A stretch of 64,000 nt of DNA from Candidatus Bathyarchaeota archaeon (GTDB lineage: Archaea; Thermoproteota; Bathyarchaeia; TCS64): contig CAVYVF010000023.1 of the NCBI GenBank assembly GCA_963771885.1, positions 576,001 to 640,000 on the forward strand, written 5' to 3'. Position numbers and translations under genes: made by a program. This document shows positions 20,091 through 30,121 of the stretch, piece after piece. How positions within the stretch are numbered: the stretch's first letter is position 1; each line of letters starts with the position of its first letter. The notes beneath the pieces were generated by a model. The model made no database searches, was not told the origin of the DNA, and saw only the letters and a program-made list of their open reading frames with translations.

Positions 20091-20441
20091 CTATTTAGTC
20101 TCCTCCTTGACCCTGAACTCGACTATCCGTTTGATGAGATTGTACGGGATAGGCTTGTTTAGGGGGAACCGTATTGAGCCTTTCCCCGACTCGTAGGGCT
20201 CCAACTCATTGGCGAAGGCTCCCGTCGCGGAGGGCGTCGGGTAGAGCCCGATATGCTCCTTGAAGGCGGCGAAGTGGACTAGGTTTCTTTTCATCTTGTA
20301 TGTGGGCATCCCGTAGGCGATCCTCTCCTCGGCGCCCGGCGCAGCCTTCCTCACGATGTCCCTGATCTTCTCGAGGATGACGCGTACCTCAGGCGGGTTT
20401 GAGGCGATGTACTCGTCGACTGTGTTGAACTTCCTCTCCAT
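20091..20441 (-). CDS. DUF1801/YdhG family protein
   Basis: TVDEYIA, ERIAYGMPTY, FAAFKEHIGLYP, GKGSIRFP. Confidence 0.9.
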   Translation of the reverse strand: MERKFNTVDEYIASNPPEVRVILEKIRDIVRKAAPGAEERIAYGMPTYKMKRNLVHFAAFKEHIGLYPTPSATGAFANELEPYESGKGSIRFPLNKPIPYNLIKRIVEFRVKEETK

Positions 20442-20667
20442 GGTTCTCCAAGGCGAACTGGGTTTAATAAACCACTGACCACTGGTGAAAAACGGGTTTA
20501 AGAAAAAACCGATAAATGATCCATTCGGAAAAAGGCACTAGTTTATTTCCCTTATTACGATCTGATCTATGCAAAAAGGCATATACTCACTACAGAGGTT
20601 TGAACTCTCCTTTCTCTAGCACCGACGCGAACAGACAAATACAACACACGCGTCTGACTAGATCACC

Positions 20668-20997
20668 TTGACCGAGCCGAGCATGAGGGAGATGGCGGAG
20701 ATGCTCCGCAAAGGCGCAAAAATGCTCAGCATGAGCTGCCCGGAGTGCGGGACGCCACTCTTCCAGTTAAAGACTGGTGAGATATTCTGCCCCCATGAGA
20801 AGCGCGAGGTCAAGATAGTCAAGGAAGGGGAGACGCCGGAGACGCTAAGGCAGGAAGCCACGCTTGAGCATACCATACAATCGAAGCTCGTCCTACTTCA
20901 GACGAGGCTCGAGTCGGCGAATGAACCTGCTGAGATAAGGGAACTGGCGCAGACAATAAACGCCCTTCTAGACACTCTCAGCAGGCTGCGATCCTAG
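20668..20997 (+). CDS. UPF0148 / SSSCA1-like Zn-ribbon protein
   Basis: MAEMLRKGAKMLSMSCPECGTPLF...FCP. Confidence 0.85.
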   Translation: MTEPSMREMAEMLRKGAKMLSMSCPECGTPLFQLKTGEIFCPHEKREVKIVKEGETPETLRQEATLEHTIQSKLVLLQTRLESANEPAEIRELAQTINALLDTLSRLRS

Positions 20998-21596
20998 AGT
21001 TCCAGCCCCGTAAGTTCCTCGACGAGCCTTTGAACCTCAGCCTCAACCTCGTCCACGGGCTTGCTCGTGTCAACCACCTTCATCTCGCCCTCGCGCGCGA
21101 AGCCAAGGTAGAGATCCCGCACCCTACTCAGGTAGTCCCTGTTCTCGAAGACGGTTAGCGTCCTCCCCGAGACGCGCATTAGGCTCCGCCCTGGGTCAAC
21201 GTCGAGGAGGATGACGAGGTCGGGCTTCAATGCGAAGCGCTGCAGATCGCCCAGCCAGCCCACGTCCACACCTGCCGCGCCTTGGTAGGCGAGCGTCGAG
21301 TGGTAGTACCTGTCACAGACCACAGTGACGCCCTGATCGAGGGTCTGCGCAATCCGCCTGCTGTGCTCGAACCTGTCCGCCGTGAATAGGAGGGCCTCGG
21401 ATTCTGGCTGCAGATAGCGGTCACCCGCCTCCGCGTAGGCGCGTATGAATCGCCCTATGCCCCCGTCGCTCGGCTCCCTCTCGAGGACGTGATCCACCCC
21501 CTGGTCACGCAGCTTCATATCAAGAAGCTCTATCTGGGTGCTCTTGCCGCTTCCGTCGACGCCTTCGAAGACTATGAACCAGCCAGTGGGAGCCAT
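20994..21596 (-). CDS. tmk: Thymidylate kinase
   Basis: FIVFEGVDGSGKSTQ, REPS, LLFTADR, CDRYYHSTLAYQ. Confidence 0.95.
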   Translation of the reverse strand: MAPTGWFIVFEGVDGSGKSTQIELLDMKLRDQGVDHVLEREPSDGGIGRFIRAYAEAGDRYLQPESEALLFTADRFEHSRRIAQTLDQGVTVVCDRYYHSTLAYQGAAGVDVGWLGDLQRFALKPDLVILLDVDPGRSLMRVSGRTLTVFENRDYLSRVRDLYLGFAREGEMKVVDTSKPVDEVEAEVQRLVEELTGLEL

Positions 21597-21633
21597 CACT
21601 GGGGTATGAGGTGCGTGGACCGTAAATGCGTTG

Positions 21634-22776
21634 CTAGACCTGGAACTGGTCACGCGAGTAGGTGGTCAGGAACTCCGCCTTCCCATTCCGGATCATTATC
21701 ATGTCCTCGACGCGCAGATAGTACTCCCCTTTACTCCAGAGCTTCGGTTCTAGGCAGAATACCATACCGTCAATCAGTGGCTGGGTGACGTCCGGCTTAA
21801 GCCACGGGTCCTCGTGTACCTCGACGCCTATCTGGTGCCCGACAACACCTGTTTTGAGCCTGTTCCTGAGAAAGTTGCCGTAACCCTGCTGGTCTAGCAC
21901 CTTCTCTATGAATGGGTAGAAGTCACAGAGGCGTATTATCGCTCCCCCAACAGCGTCCACCGCCTGCACGACGGCAAGCTGCAGAGCCTGGTATGCCTGC
22001 AGTATGTCCTGACGGGGCGTCCCGTAGTAAAAGCTCCTCCCCCAGTCACTGCAATAGCCGTCGACGACGAGCCCGAAGTCGAAGGCTATGCTCGTCCCCT
22101 TTGCGAGCCCCGCCTCCCTCGGATAGATGAAGGGATCCTCCGAGGGTATCGTCCCCGTTTTAAGGTAGCCACCAGTCGGGGGGAAGCTCGCGTCCGTGGC
22201 GCCGAGGCCTCGCCCCATCATCTCCATCATTATCTGGAGGTTCCTCTGCGTTAGTCCGTCAACTATCCGGGGCGATATGAGCGACATGACCGCCTCGGTG
22301 ACCTCAGCCGCCTTCTTCAGCTTTGCCACCTCCTCCGGCTCCTTGATCATCCTGAGCGAGTCGAGGAGCCCTTCGCCGACGCGAAACCGAGAACCCGCAC
22401 AGGACTTCGCCACCTCTAAGCTTGTGCTCCCCCAACAATAGTCGCCGATTGCGACGCGCCCTGGCTTGACGCCTAGGTCGGTTACGACCTTCTTAACCAT
22501 CTCACCGTAGGGTTGGGTCTTCTCGGCGACGCGGACGTCCTTTATCCACGTCCCCTGCGCACGCGTCACGTTCTCGGGGTTAATCGTGAGGACGGGCTCG
22601 CCGCTCCGGGGCACGAAAACGTTGTCCTGCGGGTTGAGGAGGTCCCTCCCCCTGCGCCACTCCAGGTTTACGCCTGTAAGGTACTGGAGGTCCGGGCTCC
22701 CCCCGTAGACTACTAGGTCGAGTCCCTGCTCCTCCATCTTCGCCTGGAGCCCTGTGAGCCTCCTCTTAAAATCCAT
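21634..22776 (-). CDS. Xaa-Pro aminopeptidase (M24)
   Basis: LRMIKEPEE, DFG...GYCSD, GHQIGVEVHE, LEP, RVEDM. Confidence 0.9.
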   Translation of the reverse strand: MDFKRRLTGLQAKMEEQGLDLVVYGGSPDLQYLTGVNLEWRRGRDLLNPQDNVFVPRSGEPVLTINPENVTRAQGTWIKDVRVAEKTQPYGEMVKKVVTDLGVKPGRVAIGDYCWGSTSLEVAKSCAGSRFRVGEGLLDSLRMIKEPEEVAKLKKAAEVTEAVMSLISPRIVDGLTQRNLQIMMEMMGRGLGATDASFPPTGGYLKTGTIPSEDPFIYPREAGLAKGTSIAFDFGLVVDGYCSDWGRSFYYGTPRQDILQAYQALQLAVVQAVDAVGGAIIRLCDFYPFIEKVLDQQGYGNFLRNRLKTGVVGHQIGVEVHEDPWLKPDVTQPLIDGMVFCLEPKLWSKGEYYLRVEDMIMIRNGKAEFLTTYSRDQFQV

Positions 22777-22817
22777 ATTGAACCTAGAGTGGCGTCAGGC
22801 GATAAATCGGTTGCCCC

Positions 22818-23217
22818 TTACCTGATCTCTACGAGCCCCTTGTCACCGTTGACGCGAAGCCTCATTCCCGTTTTCAGGGTCTTAATCGGATCCGCGTCGA
22901 GTTTATCCACCAATGGAATGCTAGCGATCACGCATCCGGTGGCTAGTATCGCCTCCGTCTCCACGTTGATTATCGCCGCTGGGGCGGTTCCCTGCTTTTT
23001 CATCCTGTAGATGACGTAACTTCCCACTGTGCTCCCCTTCCCGCTGGGGAAGACGAAGACCTTGCCCGTGACGCACTTGCCGCATAAGGCATGTCCGGGC
23101 TCGGTTATGATGCCCGTGTCAGGGTCGACTGCCCCCGTAGAAGCTGACGGGGTCGCTGCTGACGAGTGCCTCGCCCTCGGCGGTGCCGCCGACTACCTTG
23201 CGTCCCTTTAGGATCAC
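22818..23217 (-). CDS. Aconitase X small (swivel, DUF126) subunit; frameshift near 23131
   Basis: LKGRKVVGGTAEGEALVS..PVSFYG, then VDPDTG..GH..GKVFVFPSGKGSTVGSYV. Confidence 0.88.
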
Positions 23218-24404
23218 TTCAAGGCCTCCTTCACAAGCTCTCGTGCTGTTCCAACTCTTGTCTTCAGTCCCATATTGGCGCTGTACTGTGCCCCCTTGAA
23301 GCTGTTGAGAGCTACCTCCTTCCACCCCATCTCCTTAAGTGGGGCGACAACCATGCAAGAGTCGACGAAGACCTTCCCGCCGGCGCCCTCGATCTGTCTC
23401 ACGTAGCCCTTCTTCTCCGCCTCCGCGTAGACGCCCCGGCTCGTGAAGACCATGAGGCGCTTAGCCAATTCCTTCCCCTTGCAGATACTGGCGACTTCGC
23501 CCACCTCATGCAGGCTGCAGTGGGGGCAGCCGATGCATGTGATCGGGTCCGCGACCTCGCATGTGAACTTCTCCCGCGCCTCCCTGAGGTCCTTCTCGGT
23601 GACTGTGACCTTCTCGACCTCTCTGAGGTGGGGCTTGACCTTCTCCGCCTCGGGCGTGACACCTTCGCCGTGCCAGAGTGCAACGCCTCCGCTGGTGGCG
23701 AGAGCAGCACCCAGCGTCTTCAGCGACTCAAGGCTGGGCTTACCGAGCCCCCTGAAGTATGGGACTGTCGTGCCGACCATCTTCCCCGTAACGTATCCCA
23801 AGGCGCTGTAGTCGAGCGGGTCGGATAGCTTCGCCTCGATCTCCACAAGCTTCCCAGGGCGCCTGTTCTCGTCGAGCCTGTACTCGTAGAGGGGGGTGAG
23901 CCCCGTGATGGCGCTTGCGATCGTGGTGGGTCCTGACTCCCTGTTCGTCCGCGCCCCGATGACGGAGTTCGAGTAGCAAATCGCCGAAGACTCTGCCCAA
24001 GCGATCTGGGCGCCGAAGCGGGGGACATGCCCGACGAGGTAGGGTGTACATGTACACGTGGGCTCTATCCCCAGTGCCTCGAAGGCACGTATAACGCGGG
24101 TCTGTCCATCGGCAAACTTCTCAGGGACGTTCATGTCTCGCCAACGATCCATATCCATGCCGGCGGGGTTGAGGGTAGCCCTCACCTTTACGCGGGCACC
24201 CATCTTCGCCTGATCCTCCAGCCACTCAAGCCCAGCGTCGCCAAGGTTCTTATAGCTAACACCCGAGACGTGTGCACCCTCCACGGGTACGAGCTTCTCA
24301 GCGCCGAAGACATCTCCTAGCGCCACGAGTAACTCAAGCGACTTCGCAACGCCTTCGCCGTACTCCCCGGCGAGCATACGCTCCTCCTCCCTCGACAGGT
24401 ACAA
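23214..24404 (-). CDS. Aconitase X large subunit (phosphomevalonate dehydratase-type)
   Basis: HVSGVSYKNLGDAG, TCTCTPY, AWAESSA..YSNSVIGARTNRE, IGCPHCS, DSCMVV. Confidence 0.92.
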   Translation of the reverse strand: MYLSREEERMLAGEYGEGVAKSLELLVALGDVFGAEKLVPVEGAHVSGVSYKNLGDAGLEWLEDQAKMGARVKVRATLNPAGMDMDRWRDMNVPEKFADGQTRVIRAFEALGIEPTCTCTPYLVGHVPRFGAQIAWAESSAICYSNSVIGARTNRESGPTTIASAITGLTPLYEYRLDENRRPGKLVEIEAKLSDPLDYSALGYVTGKMVGTTVPYFRGLGKPSLESLKTLGAALATSGGVALWHGEGVTPEAEKVKPHLREVEKVTVTEKDLREAREKFTCEVADPITCIGCPHCSLHEVGEVASICKGKELAKRLMVFTSRGVYAEAEKKGYVRQIEGAGGKVFVDSCMVVAPLKEMGWKEVALNSFKGAQYSANMGLKTRVGTARELVKEALK

Positions 24405-24450
24405 GAGACTTCACAGGAAAAGGAAAACCGGGGCATAAAAGGTGTCCCGT

Positions 24451-25794
24451 CTACTCGTACTTTTCAAGTATCTTACTGACGCGTTCGCTGACGGTGAGCT
24501 GAGCCTTCATGAACTTCTCCTTCGGCTTACCGAGGGGGCGGGTCGCGTCGAATCCGACCTTGCAGCCCATCTCCGTCTGCTGGTCCGCTGTCGGGTCGAG
24601 GCTACTGACCCTGACACCGGGGACGATGAGGAGGTCCTCGTCACCCTTGAAACGGGTGGCGATCGCCCACTCGACCTCCTGCATGTTCGTAGGATCGATG
24701 TCACCGTCAACGACGACGGCGTGCTTCATGCTCGGGTGAGCCGCGAACATCGCCATGAGCACGTTCTTCGGGTCACCCTCACGCACCTTGTCGAAGGAGA
24801 CGACGCAGTGGAGCCACCCGTTGCCCCCGAGCGTCATGTTAACGCCCTTCACCGTGGGCACAACGTTCATGCAGTACTCCCAGATACGCACCTCCGGTGG
24901 CATACCCATCAGCAGCATGTGCTCGCTCCCTGCCGGGAGCAATCCTTGATAGAGGTAGTCCCTCCTGTGCATGACGCCTATGACCTCGATGACCGGTTGC
25001 TTCCTCTTCACGTCGAACGTGCCAGAGAGGTCAACGAATGGCCCCTCATCCACATCCTCATCCAGCCTGATCCTGCACTCAAGCACAAGCTCCGCGTCGG
25101 CTGGTGCAAGGGCATCAACGTTCGGACACCTGACCAGCTTCAGCTCCGCCGCCGAGGAGGTTGTTGGCGACGTCGTACTCGCAGACCCCCCAGCCGACAG
25201 GCATACTCGCCGCAAGCAACACGGCCGGGTGCAGCCCGATGGACACGCAGCAGTCAAGTGACTTCTTGCCCCGATTGACGAGCGAGCTGCGTCAGCCTGT
25301 GCAGGTGCCGGGGCACTATCCTAATCGTCATCCGTTTGGCGTCTATAACCATGAGCCTGTGAAAGCTCACGTTCTCCACCTTCCCGTCAGGGCTCTTCGC
25401 GTAGAGGATGCCTGAGGTTATGAATGGGCCCGGGTCGCCGTCGAAGTGGGTGAGAATCGGTATCTTCGTTAGGTCGCCTTCCTCGACGACCTCTAGAACG
25501 GGGCCTTTCTCCGCTACCTCACACTTCTTCGGGTTTTTTATCGCTTGCTGAAGGCGTGTGTAGAGGTCTTTCGCCTCGATCCCCAGCCCCTGCAGGATGC
25601 GCCCACGCGTCCCACAGACGCCACCGACTACCTTTGTATCGAAGCCCTTGGTCTTCTCGAACATTATCGCCTTGCCGGCGTCGAACCGCTGGAGCGCCGC
25701 AGCCATCTCCAGCCTTGGGCTCAGTGGCTCCTTGATCTTGATGATGTCTCCACTCTTCTCCAAGTTGTTTCAAGAATGCTCTAAGGTCGCTCAA
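24451..25794 (-). CDS. UbiD-family decarboxylase (anhydromevalonate phosphate decarboxylase-like), several frameshifts
   Basis: MSDLRAFL start, NVSFHRL..RIVPRHL, EGPFVDLSGTFD, KHAVVVDGDID, VEWAIATR, SSLDP. Confidence 0.9.
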
Positions 25795-26120
25795 CTCTTC
25801 TCCTCCATCACGCGCTTGGCGAGATCTATCAGGGTCTTGCCGATTGCCTCAGAGTAGCCCTGCGAGATGTGGGTCGAGACTAGGCTCAGTTTCCCCGTCT
25901 TCGCCGAGATGTGCGTCCCAAGCATCCTGCCCAGCATCTGGTCCCTGTCGCCGAGCAGCTGCGAGGAGGCCATCCCGGGGACTGTCGCCGTCGTAGAGCC
26001 AAGCCTCGGCTCCTCCCCCTCCCAGAAGAGGGCGATGACAGCGTTCTCGAGCTCAAGCACCCCGCAGTGGAGCACCTTTCCCTCCAGCTCCGCCTCCCCG
26101 ACCCTGAAAGCTAGGCTCAT
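25791..26120 (-). CDS. Proteasome assembly chaperone 4 (PAC4)-like protein
   Basis: SSQLLGD...LGTHISAKTGKLSLVS resembles the PAC4 STxLLGD...LAxRLAxKTxKQVFVS pattern (from memory); similar size. Confidence 0.55.
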   Translation of the reverse strand: MSLAFRVGEAELEGKVLHCGVLELENAVIALFWEGEEPRLGSTTATVPGMASSQLLGDRDQMLGRMLGTHISAKTGKLSLVSTHISQGYSEAIGKTLIDLAKRVMEEKS

Positions 26121-26188
26121 TACCCGAAACTACCCCCGGCATGAGTTAAGCCTATCCCACGGTATTCCCTACTTACAGATCAGACAAA

Positions 26189-26874
26189 ATGAGGCTCCTC
26201 GTACGTCTCCGACATACACAGCAACCTCGCCGCCCTCGAAGCGGTGCTCGAAGACGCGGGGCGCTGGGACGCCGCCATATCCGCCGGCGACGTCGTCGGC
26301 TACGGCCCAAACCCCGAGGAGTGCGTCGACAACTCTCATGTTCAAGGGCTTTAGGTGTGCCAGGGGGAACCACGACAACGCCGTTTTATGACGGAGACCG
26401 ACATGGTTCAATGACGATGCTCAGGACGCGATCAATATCAACAGGGGCCAGCTATCAACTAGGAGCATGAGGTGGCTCGGCTCGCAGCCCAAGGAGCTGC
26501 GGCTCAAACTCCAAGGGCTTGACATCGCAGTCTACCACGGCAGCCCGACCGAGCCCCTGACTAGCTACATATACCCACAGGACGCCAAGACGCGGGGCGA
26601 TAGCCTGCTGGCACATACGGGCGCCGACGTCATCATCCTCGGCCACACCCACATCCCTTACATAGTCGAGAGGAAGGGTAAATTCATCATAAATCCCGGT
26701 TCTGTTGGGCAACCAGGGACGGCGACGTCCGCGCAAGCTACATAATCCTCGAAACAGACCGCACTTACTGCTGAGCTGAGACGCAGTGAGTACAGCATAG
26801 ACGCTACCGCTGAGGCGATAGACGCCGTTGGGCTCCCTCACAGGTTCGCGACCCGCCTGTACAGGGGCATTTAA
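26189..26874 (+). CDS. Calcineurin-like metallophosphoesterase (multiple frameshifts)
   Basis: Joined frames give SDIHSNLAAL, GDVVGYGPNP, RGNHD, YHGSP, LGHTH, INPGSVGQP. Confidence 0.85.
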
Positions 26875-26925
26875 CCCGGCAATGTTACTTAAATAAAAGC
26901 GGAAACCCCTAATGGGTGACAAGCC

Positions 26926-28941
26926 ATGGCAGCGAAGGGGAAACCCGCCGAAATAAAACCCGCGGAGGAGAAGACCGGCGGATTCCTATCCAACATAAGG
27001 CTGACGAGGACCACCGCTATAGAGATCGCTGCCCTCGTCACCATACTCGCCGTCGCAATCATACTCAGGATTATGCCCCTACGCTGGGGAGAATACTTCA
27101 ACGAGTACGACCCATATCTTCTGGTACAGGATCACGGAGTACATCGCCCAGAACGGTTACGCCAGCTACTTCACATGGCACGATACACTAAGCTGGTACC
27201 CGCAGGGACGCGACATAGCGCTAAGCAGCTACCCCGGTAACCCCTTCTCAGCCCTCTTCCTCTACCAGCTACTAAACACGATACAGATCAAAGTATCCGT
27301 CTTCAGCGTCGCCATGTACTTTCCCGTCTTCATGGCAATAATAGTCTGTATTCTCTCCTACTTCTTCGGAAAGGACTTCGGCGGCCGAGCCGTTGGCATA
27401 TTCACCGCCCTCTTCATGGCGATCAGCCCCACCTACCTCAGCAGGACGGTCGCGGGCTTCTTCGACACCGAGAATATAGGTATATTCGGAATAATCGCGA
27501 CCCCTTTCTTCTTCCTCCGAAGCATACGTAAAGAGAACTCGATGCTGTGAGCGTCGCATACGCGGTCGCCGGCGGGCTATCTATGGGTTACGCCTTCGCC
27601 TCTTGGGGCGCCGCTCGCTACATCTCCAGCATGCTCCTCCTCTACGTCGGCGTCCTGCTCGCCATGGGTAAGATCGAGAGGCGCCACATCATCTCCTACA
27701 GTATCACAACCCTACTAGGCTTCCTCATCGCCCTGCCCATTCCCCGCCTCGGCATCGACTACATCATGAACATCGAGAACCTCGCCGCCATAGGCGCAAT
27801 AGGCCTCCTCGTCCTCTATGAGGCGGTGAAGACGCGGCTTCCGGAGCGGAACGCCCGCATGGTCACAGTCGGCCTCGTCGTTCTCGGCGTAGCCGCCATA
27901 ATCGTGCTACCAATCTTCGGCATCGGGAACCCTATCACAGGCAAGTTCGCCAAGGTCCTCAACCCATTCCAGGAGACAACCTTCCTATACACGTCCGTCG
28001 GCGAGAACAAGGTCTCAAGCTGGGATGTTTTCTTCACGGACTTCGGCATAACTATAATGCTCGCGACTCTCGGCGCCTATCTCATACTCAAGGAGGGCGG
28101 AGAGGACAGGAACTATATGCTCCTCTTCTTCCTAACCTCCGTCTACTTCACGGGCACCGTCGTCAGGATAAGCCTCATACTCGCCTTCCCAGCCTCTCTC
28201 CTCGCCGCATACGCCCTCGTAAAACTCGTTGGGTCATTCCGCCCCGCCATAATGAGTGCGAGTGAGACCCAGAGCAAGAGGCGTAAGGCTCAAGCCTTCG
28301 TCGTCAGCAAGGGGCTCGCAATAATTTTCATAGTCTTACTCGCCGGCTCCCTCATTCCCCATACACTCAACGCCTCCGCCTCAGCCACAAGCCCCGGACC
28401 AATCGTTTACAGCGGAGTCCCCGTCCTAATCGGAGGCGACTACGCGACGGACTGGAGGGACGCCCTAGCTTGGATGAAGGCGAACACGACGCAGGACTCC
28501 ATTATCTGCTCGTGGTGGGACTACGGGTATTGGATAGAGACGATGGCGAACCGTACGACGCTCGCCGACGGCTCGACGATGAACTGGACGCAGATAATCA
28601 ACATCGCTGACATGATGATGCTACCCCAGAACGAGTCACTCCCACTAATGCAGAAGTACGATGTGGACTACGTAGTCGTCTTCTTCAGTTATAACCCCAA
28701 CACAGGTGAGGAGTGGCCATTCGGAGATAACGCGAAGTGGCCCCAGATGGCCCTCATCACGGGCCTCGACGTCAACTCCTACTATACGTATAACTCGACT
28801 TCGGGTCAATACCAGTACTCACAGAAATTCGCTCAGACGACCATCTACAAACTCATGACTGGAAATGTCGATGAAAACCACTACGAACTCGCTTATGAGT
28901 CTGAACTCGGCTGGGTACTCATCTACAAGGTCAAGTACTAG
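26926..28941 (+). CDS. aglB: Oligosaccharyltransferase STT3/AglB (frameshifts near 27120 and 27547)
   Basis: EYDPY, SWYP.GR, SRTVAGFFDTE, SVGE, WWDYGYWI, NRTTLAD. Confidence 0.93.
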
Positions 28942-28984
28942 CCCACCCAACACTTATCTCGGGGCGAGTCCCGATAATTTTGAC

Positions 28985-29263
28985 ATGTCCACAAAGGTAA
29001 GGGCATCGCATATACTCGTCGAGAAGCAGTCGCAGGCACTGAAGGTGCTCGAGGAGTTGAAGGCTGGCGCCGACTTCGGGGGACTCGCGAAGAAGTACAG
29101 TACATGTCCTTCGGGGAAGAGGGGCGGTGACCTCGGCCAGTTCGGCAGGGGTCAGATGGTCCGCGAGTTCGAACAGGCGGCATTCGCGCTGAAGCCGGGG
29201 CAGGTGACCGAGCAGCCGATAAAAACGCAGTTCGGTTACCATATCATAAAGAGGACGGGTTAA
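28985..29263 (+). CDS. Parvulin-type peptidyl-prolyl isomerase
   Basis: VRASHILV, LAKKYSTCPS..RGGDLG.F.RGQMV, KTQFGYHII. Confidence 0.95.
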   Translation: MSTKVRASHILVEKQSQALKVLEELKAGADFGGLAKKYSTCPSGKRGGDLGQFGRGQMVREFEQAAFALKPGQVTEQPIKTQFGYHIIKRTG

Positions 29264-29469
29264 GGCCGAGGCTGAATATAGCCCATGTATGGCGGCCGAC
29301 GCAAGACTGAATCGGTCTCTTCTCTTGTCTCTCACCATTTCGCATTCCCTTATACACCCGGGGCAATGCCCGCTTGCGATCTTTTTCTAGATTTCAGCGG
29401 CGTCAGTTGATCGCCACACCTCACTCAGTTGAGTATCTCTAATATCCCGATCTCCCTATTTACGAATAG

Positions 29470-29612
29470 GTGGGGTCAGACGGCACCGGGGGTCGAGGTA
29501 GAGGCTTCACAGAGATTACAGGTTGTGCACCTGCTGTAGCACAGGTATGCTACTGCCTAGTTGGCGATCATCCTCAGGCGGGGAGGGTCCGACGAACCTT
29601 ACACCCCCCCAC
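29470..29612 (-). ncRNA. Candidate structured small RNA
   Basis: Terminal GTGGGG/CCCCAC repeat, 3-4 internal hairpins, minus-strand TTTTATATAT about 20 nt upstream, CTGA just inside the 3' stem. Confidence 0.5.
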
Positions 29613-29719
29613 AAATCTGTTAGAAATATATAAAAGCACTGTTGTTGCGCTTTCAAGCAGTTTTCTGCATAATCTTTAATACTACTCAGTGGCTTGAAAC
29701 TGAAACAATAGGTGTAACC

Positions 29720-30121
29720 ATGTCATACAAGAACTCAAGGGCGGGCGACCTAAAGATCGGCAGCTATGCCCTCATCGATAATGAGCCCTGCCAGATCGTC
29801 GACATCGATAAGAGCAAGCCTGGCAAGCACGGCAGCGCTAAGATACGTGCCAGCGGTATTAGTCTCTTCGACGGGAAGAAGAAAACCTACCTCGGCCAAG
29901 CTGACGCGGGTATACAAGTTCCCATCGTCGATAAGAGGAGCGCCCAGATCGTCTCAATAACCCCCGGCCAGGGTGTGCAGTTAATGGACCTCGAGACCTA
30001 CGAGACTATCGACATCGCAACGCCGACGGACGAAGAGATCACGGGCAAGATCGCCGCCGGGAAAGAGGTCGAGTACTGGATCATAATGGGCCGGTACAAG
30101 ATCAACCGCGTCAAGAGTTGA
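29720..30121 (+). CDS. eif5a: Translation factor aIF5A
   Basis: SKPGKHGSAK hypusine loop; GGTG before ATG 29720. Confidence 0.97.
   Translation: MSYKNSRAGDLKIGSYALIDNEPCQIVDIDKSKPGKHGSAKIRASGISLFDGKKKTYLGQADAGIQVPIVDKRSAQIVSITPGQGVQLMDLETYETIDIATPTDEEITGKIAAGKEVEYWIIMGRYKINRVKS

Noticed and set aside
29264..29425. Minus-strand Cys-containing reading (GHCPGCIRECEMV...)
   Set aside because: No clean start, in-frame stop upstream, and it runs antisense into parvulin; unsupported
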